From Bacillaceae bacterium (lineage in GTDB: Bacteria > Bacillota > Bacilli > JACDOE01), in the NCBI GenBank assembly GCA_017656255.1, contig JACDOE010000003.1:457-64456 (forward strand): a stretch of DNA of 64,000 nt, written 5' to 3'. A program made the position numbers and the translations under genes. This document shows, one piece after another, positions 49,297 through 59,100 of this stretch. Under the pieces are notes generated by a model. The model made no database searches. It was not told where the DNA came from and worked only from the letters and a program-made list of their open reading frames with translations. Position 1 is the first letter of the stretch; the number at the start of each line of letters is the position of its first letter.

Positions 49297-49337
49297 GAAA
49301 AAAGCTGTGAAGGCCCGCTCAGGTGCCGTTCACAGCT
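49297..49337 (-). terminator. Terminator after the hesB/iscA-like gene
   Basis: Minus strand AGCTGTGAA-N17-TTCACAGCT plus TTTTTTC. Confidence 0.6.
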
Positions 49338-49366
49338 TGCTCTCATCTTTTAGTTGTTTGTCAGAC

Positions 49367-49720
49367 TTAACACTCACTCGGCTGTCCGGCATCATCCGCC
49401 GTACGGAAAGAACTTCCGCACCCACAGGATGACACGGCATTGGGATTGTGGATCGAGAATCCGCCACCCATCATATTCTCTTTGTAGTCGATTTCGGCCC
49501 CTTTCAAATACGGAGCGCTACCGGCATCCACCACAACCTTGATGCCATGCTGTTCAAATTCCTGATCATGTTCATGGATCGTATCATCAAAACCCATTCC
49601 GTATGAGAAACCGCTGCAACCGCCCGGTTTAACGCCAACACGCAAAAACAACTGATCGTTATCCTCTTCGGCGAGAAGCTCCTTGATTTTCTGTCCCGCA
49701 CTTTCCGTTATCGTAATCAT
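49367..49720 (-). CDS. Iron-sulfur cluster insertion protein (HesB/IscA family, YutM/SufA-like)
   Basis: ..GVKPGGCSGFSY.. and the C-terminal SCGCGSSF motif. Confidence 0.9.
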   Translation of the reverse strand: MITITESAGQKIKELLAEEDNDQLFLRVGVKPGGCSGFSYGMGFDDTIHEHDQEFEQHGIKVVVDAGSAPYLKGAEIDYKENMMGGGFSIHNPNAVSSCGCGSSFRTADDAGQPSEC

Positions 49721-49862
49721 TGAGTGACCTCCTTGTTGGAACTATATTTTGTATAGCTCCCTTTAACTCTAAGTATACAGGGTCGTGTTCCAATTCTCAA
49801 GTTCTGATGATGCTTCCCATGACACGACTTTTTTTCAGCAGATTACGCCATATCCCTGACGT

Positions 49863-50096
49863 TTACAAAGCTTGTCCACTGAAACGGATCGCACGGGGCT
49901 TGTATTTTTTCACAAATAAATAACTTTTGACAGTATTTCTCTTCCTTGTGCGATCTATATAGAGCAGGACATTGTGAAGCGAATCAATTTCCATGCTATA
50001 TTTAAGAACAATAGGATGTTTCAAACCAAATTTTTTGCCGGCTTCTACCATCTTACTGCGTAGATCTTCAATCTCCTGTTCGATAAACTCCTCCAT
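49863..50096 (-). CDS. Spo0E-like aspartyl-phosphate phosphatase
   Basis: IEDLRSKMVEAGKKFGLKHPIVLKYSMEIDSLHNV is the Spo0E family helix-hairpin pattern. Confidence 0.6.
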   Translation of the reverse strand: MEEFIEQEIEDLRSKMVEAGKKFGLKHPIVLKYSMEIDSLHNVLLYIDRTRKRNTVKSYLFVKKYKPRAIRFSGQAL

Positions 50097-50343
50097 TTTC
50101 TAGTCTCCTTCCCCCCATGGAAATTATCAACATTTAACATTGTATTCCAACTCAATCGGTTTTGCACCATAAAACATTGTCTAATGCATAGAACCTTTGC
50201 TGATTCGTGTCGAGTACCGTTTGACAAACATCTCCGTGTCTCGAATGCTTGCCCTATTCAAGACTTTCAAACTATAATAAAATCATATGATCGTTTGATG
50301 AAATGATCGTGCAACCCTTTTATGGGAAAGGAGACATCAGTCC

Positions 50344-51453
50344 ATGTCCTTATCGACTCAGAAGGATTCCCTCGAGGACATCCAGGAGAAAGTAGAAAAT
50401 GGGGAACGTTTATCGTTTGAAGACGGGGTCCGGTTAATGAAATCGGACGATCTCCTCACCATTGGACGGATGGCGGATTACGTCAGGAAAAAGAAAAACG
50501 GAGATCGTGTCTATTTTATCGTCAATACCCACCTGAACTATACCAACGTCTGTTATCTGGACTGCAAACTGTGTGCATTCGGTTTGAAACCGGATGATCC
50601 GCGTTCCTACTCACTTTCACTGGAACAAATTGAAGATAAGTATAAACAGATGATCGGAAAAGGTTTTACCGAACTTCATATCGTTGGCGGCGTCAACCCG
50701 AAACTTCCCTTTGAATATTATGAGGACATGATCCGCCTTGCCAAAAAACATCTTCCGGATATCCATGTCCAGGCTTTTACCGCTGTCGAGATTGATTATA
50801 TCGCCCGGGTGGCGAAACTCGACATCGAAGAAGCGATTACCCGCCTGAAAAATGCGGGACTGGGATCCATACTCGGAGGTGGCGCTGAAATTTTTGATCC
50901 GGAAGTGAGAAAAATCATCTCCGGCCATAAAACCTCGGCGGACCGCTGGTTTCAGATTCATGAAATTTGTCACAACCTCGGCATGAAATCCAACGCTTCC
51001 ATCCTCTACGGCCACATTGAAAAAGAGGAAGATGTGATCGACCACTTTATTCGGTTGCGTGAACTGCAGGATAAAACTGGAGGTTTCAACGCCTTCTTCC
51101 CCTTTGCCTTCCATCCGGATAACACAAAACTGGCCGAAGAGTACGACATTAAAGACGAAACAACGGGAATCCATGACCTGAAAATCCTTGCCGTCGCCCG
51201 GCTGATGCTGGATAATTTCCCACATATCAGAGCCTTCTGGATGATGATCGGTCTAAAACTTGCCCAGGTCAGCCTCCATTTCGGTGTGGATGATCTGGAT
51301 GGCACGGTAATGGAAGAGCAGATCGTCCATGCGGCAGGATCCCAATCTTCCCAGATGACACCGAAACAGGCGTTTATCGAGATGATCAAAGAAGCGGGAC
51401 GTATCCCTGTCGAGCGGGATACCCTTTATAACGAACTGCGCAGGTATGAATAA
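50344..51453 (+). CDS. Futalosine-pathway radical SAM enzyme (MqnC/MqnE family), paralog 1
   Basis: VENGERLSFEDG.. then NYTNVCYLDCKLCAF (CxxxCxxC). 369 aa, CofH/ThiH-like fold. Confidence 0.75.
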   Translation: MSLSTQKDSLEDIQEKVENGERLSFEDGVRLMKSDDLLTIGRMADYVRKKKNGDRVYFIVNTHLNYTNVCYLDCKLCAFGLKPDDPRSYSLSLEQIEDKYKQMIGKGFTELHIVGGVNPKLPFEYYEDMIRLAKKHLPDIHVQAFTAVEIDYIARVAKLDIEEAITRLKNAGLGSILGGGAEIFDPEVRKIISGHKTSADRWFQIHEICHNLGMKSNASILYGHIEKEEDVIDHFIRLRELQDKTGGFNAFFPFAFHPDNTKLAEEYDIKDETTGIHDLKILAVARLMLDNFPHIRAFWMMIGLKLAQVSLHFGVDDLDGTVMEEQIVHAAGSQSSQMTPKQAFIEMIKEAGRIPVERDTLYNELRRYE

Positions 51454-51483
51454 TTAACGGGAGCAGGAAAGGAAGGATAATCA

Positions 51484-52590
51484 ATGAAGAGCGACACCAT
51501 TCATGAACCGCTGGACAAAAAACTGATTCCCATCATTGAAAAGGTGGAAAACGGGGAACGGTTAACACTTGAAGACGGACTCATTCTTTACGAAACACCG
51601 GACATCCTGACCGTCGGACAGCTGGCCAACCGGGTCAACCAGCAACGTAACGGCGATTATGTCTATTTTATTCAAAACATGTACATCAACCCGACCAACG
51701 TTTGTGAGGCACACTGCAAATTCTGCGGTTTTCGTCGGGATCCCGGTGAAGAAGGTGCCTATACCATGAGCACCGATGATCTGCTCAAATACGTAGACGA
51801 AAATATGAATGAAAACATTCGCGAATTTCATATCGTCGGCGGCCACAATCACACCGTATCGTTCGATTACTATCTGGACACCGTCCGGACACTGAAGGAA
51901 CATTATCCGGACGTGACCATCAAGGCCTACACCGGAGCTGAAATTGTTTTCTTTAGCAAAATCTCCGGCCTTTCCATCGAAGAAGTGCTGAAACAATTGA
52001 TCGACGCCGGTCTTGAATCGCTGACCGGAGGCGGAGCGGAAATCCTGACGGAAGAATACCGGGCCAAAATGAGTCCCGAGAAAGCAAGCACGGATGAATG
52101 GCTGGAGGCACACCGCACCGCGCATAACCTTGGGCTTAAAACCCATTCCACCATGCTATATGGCTCCATTGAAAGTTATGAGGAACGGCTGATTCACATG
52201 ATCCGCCTGCGGGAACTCCAGGATGAAACCGGCGGATTCCTGGTATTTATCCCGCTGGCCGTACAGCCAAAAAAAGCAACAGCTTCCATCAAACGGCGCA
52301 CTTCCGCTTATGATGATATGCGGACCGTAGCGATCAGCCGATTAATGCTGGACAACTTCCCGCATATCAAAGCTTACTGGATCAATATCGGCACGCAGCT
52401 CACCCAGCTGTCACTCAGTTTCGGATCTTCCGATATTCACGGGACACTGGTAGAAGAAAGAATCAGCCACGCTGCCGGTGCCCTGACCCAGACCGCCCTG
52501 ACCCGGGACGAACTGATCTGGTTGATTAAAGGAGCCGGACGGACGCCGGTTGAACGGGATACGTTCTATAACATTATCAAAAAATATTAA
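51484..52590 (+). CDS. Futalosine-pathway radical SAM enzyme (MqnC/MqnE family), paralog 2 (possibly aminofutalosine synthase MqnE)
   Basis: VENGERLTLEDG.. then NPTNVCEAHCKFCGFRRDPGEEGAY (CxxxCxxC). 368 aa. Confidence 0.75.
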   Translation: MKSDTIHEPLDKKLIPIIEKVENGERLTLEDGLILYETPDILTVGQLANRVNQQRNGDYVYFIQNMYINPTNVCEAHCKFCGFRRDPGEEGAYTMSTDDLLKYVDENMNENIREFHIVGGHNHTVSFDYYLDTVRTLKEHYPDVTIKAYTGAEIVFFSKISGLSIEEVLKQLIDAGLESLTGGGAEILTEEYRAKMSPEKASTDEWLEAHRTAHNLGLKTHSTMLYGSIESYEERLIHMIRLRELQDETGGFLVFIPLAVQPKKATASIKRRTSAYDDMRTVAISRLMLDNFPHIKAYWINIGTQLTQLSLSFGSSDIHGTLVEERISHAAGALTQTALTRDELIWLIKGAGRTPVERDTFYNIIKKY

Positions 52591-52640
52591 CAGATTTACA
52601 AAAAAACCGATCCGGTCTTATTTCGATCCGGATCGGTTTT

Positions 52641-52922
52641 TTAATCATCCAGATATTTTAATAGTTCATCCAGTTGCTTCTGTTCGTCTTGCTTTTTTGC
52701 CAGATGTTTTTTTATATTTTCGTACAGATCGTCCGCATCTTCTCCTGACACAATCTCCCCATCAACCATCGCATAGAGGTTGATGAAACATTCACCACAA
52801 TTGCCGAGACACCCGTAATCCAGGGTTTCAATATCCAGGTCAGGGTCTTTTTCCAGACGTTTTCTTGTTTCTTCCGCACCGGCCGCCAGGTTACTCTGGC
52901 AGAACTCAATCATCACTTTCAT
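52641..52922 (-). CDS. yuzB: YuzB family protein (DUF1450)
   Basis: MKVMIEFCQSNL..YGCLGNCGECF.. is the DUF1450 Cys pattern. ATG 52922 lies 6 nt after AAGAGGTG. Confidence 0.7.
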   Translation of the reverse strand: MKVMIEFCQSNLAAGAEETRKRLEKDPDLDIETLDYGCLGNCGECFINLYAMVDGEIVSGEDADDLYENIKKHLAKKQDEQKQLDELLKYLDD

Positions 52923-53037
52923 CTGGTTCACCTCTTTTATTACCATGACAATTTTTAATCTTTTCGTCAAGGGCAGGAAATTATATAATAATAAGTTGTG
53001 ACAAAATGATGACTTTTAGATAGAAAGGATCAGGAGT

Positions 53038-54102
53038 ATGAGACATCTTGTTATTTTAGGCGGCGGTTACGGTGGCATGCGCATTGCGGGGAAACTGCTG
53101 TCGCAGGACTTCCCTGACGATATTCGCATCACCATCGTTGACCGGCTACCCTATCATGTTTTAAAAACAGAATTTTATGCGCTGGCCGCCGGAACAGCAT
53201 CCGACTACAAGTTACGTGTATCTTTTCCTGCTGATGAACGGGTCAACACAGTCTTCGGAGAAGTTTCCCGAATCGATCTGGAGCAAAAACAGGTTCATTT
53301 TGCCGACGAGAATACCCTGACCTACAACTGGCTGGTCATCGGACTGGGCTGTGAAGACAAATATCACGGGATTCCGGGAGCTTCCGAACACGCCCACAGC
53401 ATCCAGACGATCTCAGCCACCCGCAAAACTTATGAATCATTGAACAATGTGAAACCTTACGGACAAATTACCATTGTCGGCGGCGGATTAAGCGGGGTTG
53501 AACTGGCCGCCGAACTTCGTGAAAGCCGTGCTGATCTCAATATCCGTATTCTGGATCGCGGGGACTGTATCCTTAGTCCTTACCCCAGAAAACTGCAAAA
53601 ATACGTGAGCCAGTGGTTTCGCGAACATGATGTGGAGCTGGTTTCCCATGCCTGTGTTGAGCGAGTAGAACCTCAGGCCGTGATCAACAGCGGCCAGGAA
53701 CTACCGAGTGATTCCATCGTGTGGACGGCCGGTATACAGCCCAACCGCATCGTCAGGGATATGGATCTGGCAAAGGACAAATACGGACGGATTCTGTTAA
53801 ATGAATTTCACCAGGTCCCGGATCATCCGGACGTTTATGTGGTCGGAGATTGTGCCAGCCTTGAATTCGCTCCGAGCGCCCAGCTGGCAGAAGCACAGGG
53901 GGAACAAATCGTCGATGTCCTTCAGGCCACCTGGAAAAATGAAACACCTGACCCTCTTCCCCGTATCAAATTAAAAGGAGTGCTCGGATCCCTCGGGAAA
54001 AAGGAAGGTTTCGGTGTTATGGGTAACAAAACACTAATCGGGCGTGTACCCCGCGTTCTGAAATCCGGTGTCCTGTGGATGTACCGATATCACAACGGTT
54101 GA
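53038..54102 (+). CDS. yutJ: NADH dehydrogenase-like FAD/NAD(P) oxidoreductase (YutJ-like)
   Basis: LVILGGGYGGMRIA and IVGGGLSGVELAAEL. Confidence 0.85.
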   Translation: MRHLVILGGGYGGMRIAGKLLSQDFPDDIRITIVDRLPYHVLKTEFYALAAGTASDYKLRVSFPADERVNTVFGEVSRIDLEQKQVHFADENTLTYNWLVIGLGCEDKYHGIPGASEHAHSIQTISATRKTYESLNNVKPYGQITIVGGGLSGVELAAELRESRADLNIRILDRGDCILSPYPRKLQKYVSQWFREHDVELVSHACVERVEPQAVINSGQELPSDSIVWTAGIQPNRIVRDMDLAKDKYGRILLNEFHQVPDHPDVYVVGDCASLEFAPSAQLAEAQGEQIVDVLQATWKNETPDPLPRIKLKGVLGSLGKKEGFGVMGNKTLIGRVPRVLKSGVLWMYRYHNG

Positions 54103-54192
54103 TGGATATCCCTCAACTTCAGATATGACACATTGAGGATGGATTTGTGGGGAACAAACATATATAATATAAATTAGAAAGGGGTGTGCCAC

Positions 54193-54414
54193 ATGCGTGA
54201 ACAAGTACAGGAAATCCTGGATAAATTACGTCCTTTCCTTCAACGTGACGGTGGTGACGTTGAGTTAGTAGATGTTGAAGACGGCGTTGTCAAGCTTCGT
54301 TTGATGGGAGCCTGCGGCAGTTGCCCGAGTTCAACCATTACGTTAAAAGCAGGTATTGAACGTGCCTTAATGGAAGAGATTCCTGAAGTTAAAGAAGTTC
54401 AGCAAGTGTTCTAA
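54193..54414 (+). CDS. yutI: NifU C-terminal-domain Fe-S scaffold/carrier (YutI-like)
   Basis: ..[41 protein letters not shown]... Confidence 0.9.
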   Translation: MREQVQEILDKLRPFLQRDGGDVELVDVEDGVVKLRLMGACGSCPSSTITLKAGIERALMEEIPEVKEVQQVF

Positions 54415-54429
54415 AACCTGAATCGGAAT

Positions 54430-54476
54430 AAAAAAAGGCTTTTGCCCTGTCCCGGACAAGGCGAAAGCCTTTTTTG
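54430..54476. terminator. Bidirectional terminator
   Basis: AAGGCTTTTGCC-N13-GGCGAAAGCCTT, flanked by an A-run and a T-run. Confidence 0.7.
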
Positions 54477-54491
54477 TGATCTATAAACCAC

Positions 54492-55529
54492 TTATAACCA
54501 TGAAACCCGCGGAATACGAATTCCGGTCGCCTGCTCTGTAATGTCGGGAAAGCTTCGAAGCATCTGCTCTTGCAAAAAAAGTTCATGCTCAAGGCCGGAA
54601 GTGTCATCGGCAGGATGCGCACCTGAACGTTGTTGAAAGACATATTCCACTTTTCTAATAAAGCGTCCCGGCATCATCAAAACGCTGTATATTATCATCA
54701 TGTCCTCCCGACTGAGCGGATGATGCTGATGGTAAGCCGCCAAAAATCGGCCGGCCTGTTCATCATCCCAGTCCTGTTCAAAAATACCGTTTTTCATACA
54801 CTGGCCGAGATCCCTGGCACGGATGTCGATTAACCAGTCAAACGGACGTAACAGAATCACATTCTCATCTTTCAACCCGATCACGTGTTGCCGGGGGTGA
54901 AATCCGCGGTAACTGACCTTCCCCTGTTGCCCGTTAAGTCTGCATACACGATGATAGTCAGCCTGTTCAAGATATTGAATCGCTGTTTCTCCCAGACGGC
55001 AAAGGTACGTGTAATGGGGCAGCAAAAACACAGACAATGGATGGTTAACGTCCCATTCCCTTGCAATATGGTCACGGTACTTCTCCAGTTGATCCAGACG
55101 GGCATTCCACTGTTGTGGCCAGCTTCCCAGTACGCGGACACCCCGGGGAAACCCGGAAAGATTGAGCCTACACGTCGCCCGGTGAAAAGCAGACAGACAA
55201 CGAGCAATCCACTCTCCATCCGGCACCGGATTCCCCTGTATCGATACCCAGTCAGGAATTTCTGTCAGATAATATTTCTGTTTTCCCCATTGAAAGGTGG
55301 CTTTCTCCTTTTGTGCCAGACGTATCGGCGTTACCCGGGAAAACTGTTGTTTCTTCAGTGATGCGTATACCCTTTGGATAAAAGGGAGTTTTCTTGCGGC
55401 GGCAGGCGGTGCGGGCATGAGCAGATAAAACCCCTGATCTGTTTCCATGACGTACCCTTCATTATATCGAGCCGCGTGATACACACGGAGTCCATACATC
55501 TGATTTATTTTTTCATACCACTCCGCCAT
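54492..55529 (-). CDS. yutH: CotS-family kinase-like spore coat protein (YutH-like)
   Basis: ~345 aa phosphotransferase-like protein in the yutH position. ATG 55529 lies 6 nt after GAGGGAGGGG. Confidence 0.7.
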   Translation of the reverse strand: MAEWYEKINQMYGLRVYHAARYNEGYVMETDQGFYLLMPAPPAAARKLPFIQRVYASLKKQQFSRVTPIRLAQKEKATFQWGKQKYYLTEIPDWVSIQGNPVPDGEWIARCLSAFHRATCRLNLSGFPRGVRVLGSWPQQWNARLDQLEKYRDHIAREWDVNHPLSVFLLPHYTYLCRLGETAIQYLEQADYHRVCRLNGQQGKVSYRGFHPRQHVIGLKDENVILLRPFDWLIDIRARDLGQCMKNGIFEQDWDDEQAGRFLAAYHQHHPLSREDMMIIYSVLMMPGRFIRKVEYVFQQRSGAHPADDTSGLEHELFLQEQMLRSFPDITEQATGIRIPRVSWL

Positions 55530-55606
55530 GCAAGACCCCTCCCTCACCGGAAAAACCGGCAGCCATTTTTAAGCCCCCCTGCCTATTCAGGGGGGTTATC
55601 ACCAGT

Positions 55607-56125
55607 TTATGCATGCTTTTCAGGATAATTGCCTACTTCATAAAAATAGCGCCAATCTTTGGATACCACATAGCTTCGGGTATATTCAAATACAGGATCT
55701 TTGACAAAAGGACTGAATGCGGGGCCTTCCACATCGACAGAGAGAGGAAAAAGATGGTAACCTCTGGTTTCATATCCCTGTGGAAGAGGTTCAAAGTGAT
55801 GAACATACCCCAAAAACACTGCTTTAATCAGCGGCTCCTCATGCTCTGCGCAAATCCGGTATTCACCGATTCGCAGTAATCCGTCCAGAACCGCTCCCGT
55901 CTCTTCCCACATTTCCCTTGAGGCCGCCGATATCAAAGATTCATTCTGTTCCACTTTTCCCCCGGGAAGTTCGATCCCTCTGTCATGGTGCTCCGTCATC
56001 ACAATTTGATCCCGGTACAGAGGGAAAATAAGAACATGCCTCGGGGTCGCTGAAAATTGGCCTGGATCGAAAGTTAATTCGATATCATTACCAGCCAGAT
56101 CTTTAAATTGATACGTTGACGTCAC
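55607..56125 (-). CDS. NUDIX hydrolase
   Basis: Nudix box GGKVEQNESLISAASREMWEETG. Confidence 0.8.
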   Translation of the reverse strand: MTSTYQFKDLAGNDIELTFDPGQFSATPRHVLIFPLYRDQIVMTEHHDRGIELPGGKVEQNESLISAASREMWEETGAVLDGLLRIGEYRICAEHEEPLIKAVFLGYVHHFEPLPQGYETRGYHLFPLSVDVEGPAFSPFVKDPVFEYTRSYVVSKDWRYFYEVGNYPEKHA

Positions 56126-57075
56126 TGATCTTTTCCTCCTGACTGAAGGGTGAGTGCAATCGACTTGGCTGCCACCATCCCCTGTCCCACACTGTTGGCA
56201 ATACTGGAAAAGGAAGGAGAGGTCGCCACATCGCCTGCTGCATAAATGCGGGGATGAGACGTTCGACCATACCGGTCTGTTACCACCCGACCTTCATTCG
56301 TTTGTTTCACATAATCTTTTACCAGATGGCTGTTGGGCGCCACCCCGATCCGGATCAGGACCACATCGATCTCCATGTCCTTGACTTCCCCGGATCGATG
56401 ATCACGGTACCGGACCCCCGTGACCCGGTCTTTTCCATGTATCTTTTTTAATTCACAAAATGTCATCAGCGTAATGTTCGGCTGCGAACGGACAGGACGA
56501 ACTAACGCCTCCCTTGCCCTGAAGCGGTCACTCCGATGAAACAGAAAAACCTCTTTTGCGACGCGGGAAGCATTCAATGCCCCCTCAAAGGCGCGGTCTC
56601 CTCCCCCAACTACAGCGATTCGCCTGCCACGCAACCGGTCCAGATGATTGGATGTTGAATAGGTCTCATTTCTTGCAATCATTTCCTGTTCGCCAGGAAT
56701 CCCCAATTGCCGTTCACGGGCACCGGTGGCTACAATGAGGTAATCAAACGAAATCCGCCCGCATGTCGAATCGATTACAGCACTCTCAGGGTTAACCCGC
56801 AGAACTTCACATTCCGTTCGATACTCACAATTCAGTTGGTGCACATGCTGTTGAAAGAGAGACGCCAGATGCCTTCCGTCAGCCCTCTTTTCCCCGGCCA
56901 ACAAACCGGGATAATCGATAATTTCATTGTATATGCGATGAAGCTGGCCTCCCAGCTCCCTTGATTTTTCCAGCAGAATACTGGTGAGTCCCAGACGCCT
57001 GCACCAAATTAACGCGGAAAGTCCGGCAGGCCCGCTTCCGATAACGACAACCTGATAATGATTCATTTTCATCAT
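56122..57075 (-). CDS. Thioredoxin-reductase-like flavoprotein lacking an obvious CxxC redox motif
   Basis: VVIGSGPAGLSA and VVGGGDRAFEGA. I saw no CATC-type disulfide. 4-nt overlap with the NUDIX gene. Confidence 0.8.
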   Translation of the reverse strand: MMKMNHYQVVVIGSGPAGLSALIWCRRLGLTSILLEKSRELGGQLHRIYNEIIDYPGLLAGEKRADGRHLASLFQQHVHQLNCEYRTECEVLRVNPESAVIDSTCGRISFDYLIVATGARERQLGIPGEQEMIARNETYSTSNHLDRLRGRRIAVVGGGDRAFEGALNASRVAKEVFLFHRSDRFRAREALVRPVRSQPNITLMTFCELKKIHGKDRVTGVRYRDHRSGEVKDMEIDVVLIRIGVAPNSHLVKDYVKQTNEGRVVTDRYGRTSHPRIYAAGDVATSPSFSSIANSVGQGMVAAKSIALTLQSGGKDQ

Positions 57076-57144
57076 CCCTACGTATTATGTGTAGTCGGCA
57101 CGGGCAACATGAAAAAAGATAACGATGAAAAAGGAGTATCGTTT

Positions 57145-57654
57145 ATGCCCAGAATCAAAAAATTGTTCAACTTTAGAGAAAGTGAATTAAAGAAAAAAGC
57201 ACTGGAACTGCTTGTAGAAAGAGGCGTTACCATGGATGACCTGATCGAGCTGGTATTATTTCTGCAAAAAGATTATTACCCCCATATTTCCAGGGAAATG
57301 TGCCTTCATAATATTGAACGGGTTTTGGATAAAAGGGAGATCCAGAATGCCATTATCACCGGTATCCAACTGGATATGCTCGCTGAACAGAAAAAACTGA
57401 TGTCACCTTTGCAACAAATTATTGAAACCGATGAAGGTCTATACGGCATCGATGAAGTGCTCGCCCTTTCCATCGTAAATGTGTACGGAAGTATCGGATT
57501 TACCAACTACGGTTATATAGACAAGACAAAACCCGGTATTCTTGAGAAACTGAACGATAAAGAGAGTGACGAAACCCATACCTTTCTGGATGACATCGTC
57601 GGCGCGATTGCAGCGGCCGCATCCAGCCGGCTCGCACATTCCCAGGGAAAATAG
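57145..57654 (+). CDS. yutG: Phosphatidylglycerophosphatase A-like protein (YutG-like)
   Basis: ..THTFLDDIVGAIAAAASS.. is a PgpA-type C-terminal motif. ATG 57145 follows AAAGGAG. Confidence 0.7.
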   Translation: MPRIKKLFNFRESELKKKALELLVERGVTMDDLIELVLFLQKDYYPHISREMCLHNIERVLDKREIQNAIITGIQLDMLAEQKKLMSPLQQIIETDEGLYGIDEVLALSIVNVYGSIGFTNYGYIDKTKPGILEKLNDKESDETHTFLDDIVGAIAAAASSRLAHSQGK

Positions 57655-57706
57655 GACGGGGACACGCCGAAAAGCCCCCGTTTAGAAGGGGGCATCGATC
57701 ACAGCT

Positions 57707-58342
57707 TTATTTTTCACGGATGGTGTACTTGCACTTTTCTCCACCCTTGGCCATACACTCATTCTGAATCACTTCCGCATCGGGAAGAACTTTCTGGAAG
57801 AGAGACAGTTCACAGTTACAGGCATGTGTAAATTCCTTGGCCACATCAGAAATCGGACAATTTTTCTCTACAAAAATGTACGCTCCGGTTTCCGGATCTT
57901 TTTTCAACTCTACCATATACCCTTTTTCGTTTTGAATTTCAGCCAGTTCCTCAAGTCTCTGATCGATCGATTTCCCTTCCATCTGCTGGCTGTAAAGGTC
58001 ATACAGTCTCTTTTCTCTCCGTCTGAAAAGGTGCAGAACCTTTTCTTCCCCTTCCATCTCCCGAATATCCTGTAAAAAATCCAGGGCGATATCCTGATAA
58101 CTCTTGGGAAAGAACTGTTCCGCTTTTTCTGAAAGGGAATAAACGTGAGTCGGGCGTCCCATCGCCTGACGCTGCAGGGTTGACTGAATGAGATTATCCC
58201 TCTCCAATGTATTAAGATGCCGGCGGACGGCCATTTCAGTTATCTCCAGTTGTTTGGCAATTTCACTGACTGTCATCGCGCCTTCCATTTTCAACATATG
58301 AATAATTTGATCCCGGGTAGATTTCCCCTGATCTTTCGGCAT
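57707..58342 (-). CDS. Winged-HTH regulator with Cys-rich C-terminal domain (SufR-like?)
   Basis: N-terminal HTH (MTVSEIAKQLEITEMAVRRHLNTLE). C-terminal Cys cluster CPISDVAKEFTHACNC..NECMAKGGEKC. Confidence 0.7.
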   Translation of the reverse strand: MPKDQGKSTRDQIIHMLKMEGAMTVSEIAKQLEITEMAVRRHLNTLERDNLIQSTLQRQAMGRPTHVYSLSEKAEQFFPKSYQDIALDFLQDIREMEGEEKVLHLFRRREKRLYDLYSQQMEGKSIDQRLEELAEIQNEKGYMVELKKDPETGAYIFVEKNCPISDVAKEFTHACNCELSLFQKVLPDAEVIQNECMAKGGEKCKYTIREK

Positions 58343-58430
58343 AATTTCACCGCCTTCCCTTTCTTCTTTATTTTACATGATTCCCATAGATAAGTAAATT
58401 TCTAAATATTTTTGTTTATTATTTGAAAGT

Positions 58431-58868
58431 TTAAAATAGTTCCTTTTTGACATATTCCCTGACCATCGGTGAAAAGCGGTTCAACGATCCGTAACTCTTC
58501 TCGATAACATCGAGCAGATCATCATAGTGAACATCAGGGTAGTGGTGAACCAGGGTCTTTCGGTATTGAATGGCCTGTTTGATGCCGGCAGCCACATCAT
58601 CCGTCACAACCTGTTCATCTCTCAGTATCTCCACAATATCCTCATAACTGCCGGGGTCTCGCATAATAAACCCGTCAATAAGCATGTTGCCCACATCCGC
58701 CACCACTTCAATACAAATATGGAGACAGCGTTCCGCTGCATATTGGTGATATTCACTTCGTTGATCTTCCGACAAGCCTTTAAGTTCTTTCAACGTTTCT
58801 AGGGCTTTCTCCATCGACGTAAGATAGTGATTCAGTTTGTTCTGATCTATATCGTACATTGGTTTCAC
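58431..58868 (-). CDS. yutE: DUF86 (UPF0331) protein, YutE-like
   Basis: ..AERCLHICIEVVADVGNMLID.. and ..RKTLVHHY.. show a HepT-like fold and an RxxxH-type motif. Positioned next to yutD. Confidence 0.7.
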   Translation of the reverse strand: MKPMYDIDQNKLNHYLTSMEKALETLKELKGLSEDQRSEYHQYAAERCLHICIEVVADVGNMLIDGFIMRDPGSYEDIVEILRDEQVVTDDVAAGIKQAIQYRKTLVHHYPDVHYDDLLDVIEKSYGSLNRFSPMVREYVKKELF

Positions 58869-58871
58869 TCC

Positions 58872-59060
58872 TTATCTTTTTTTCGCCAGCCAGATTACAA
58901 CCACAAAGGTCAGGACAAGAATGATAAGAAATGTAAGGCTTTGCATGACATACATCATAATTTTGACCACCTTTTCATCCTGTTCTCCCGGGCTCCATTT
59001 CTTTTCAGTATACCACGAGTCCATCCCCTGTTTTTTCATTTTCGCAACAAGTTTACCCAC
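58872..59060 (-). CDS. Small membrane protein (hypothetical)
   Basis: 62 aa with a C-terminal TM helix LTFLIILVLTFVVVIWL. Confidence 0.35.
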   Translation of the reverse strand: MGKLVAKMKKQGMDSWYTEKKWSPGEQDEKVVKIMMYVMQSLTFLIILVLTFVVVIWLAKKR

Positions 59061-59100
59061 TGATCCGTCATATATAAAAAATCAAAGGGGGAATCATCGT

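Noticed and set aside
58431-58868. DUF86/HepT-like protein as an orphan toxin of an MNT-HepT toxin-antitoxin pair.
   Set aside because: There is no nucleotidyltransferase partner adjacent. The gene sits in the conserved yutE-yutD position of the Bacillus core genome, so it is most simply the housekeeping YutE orthologue.
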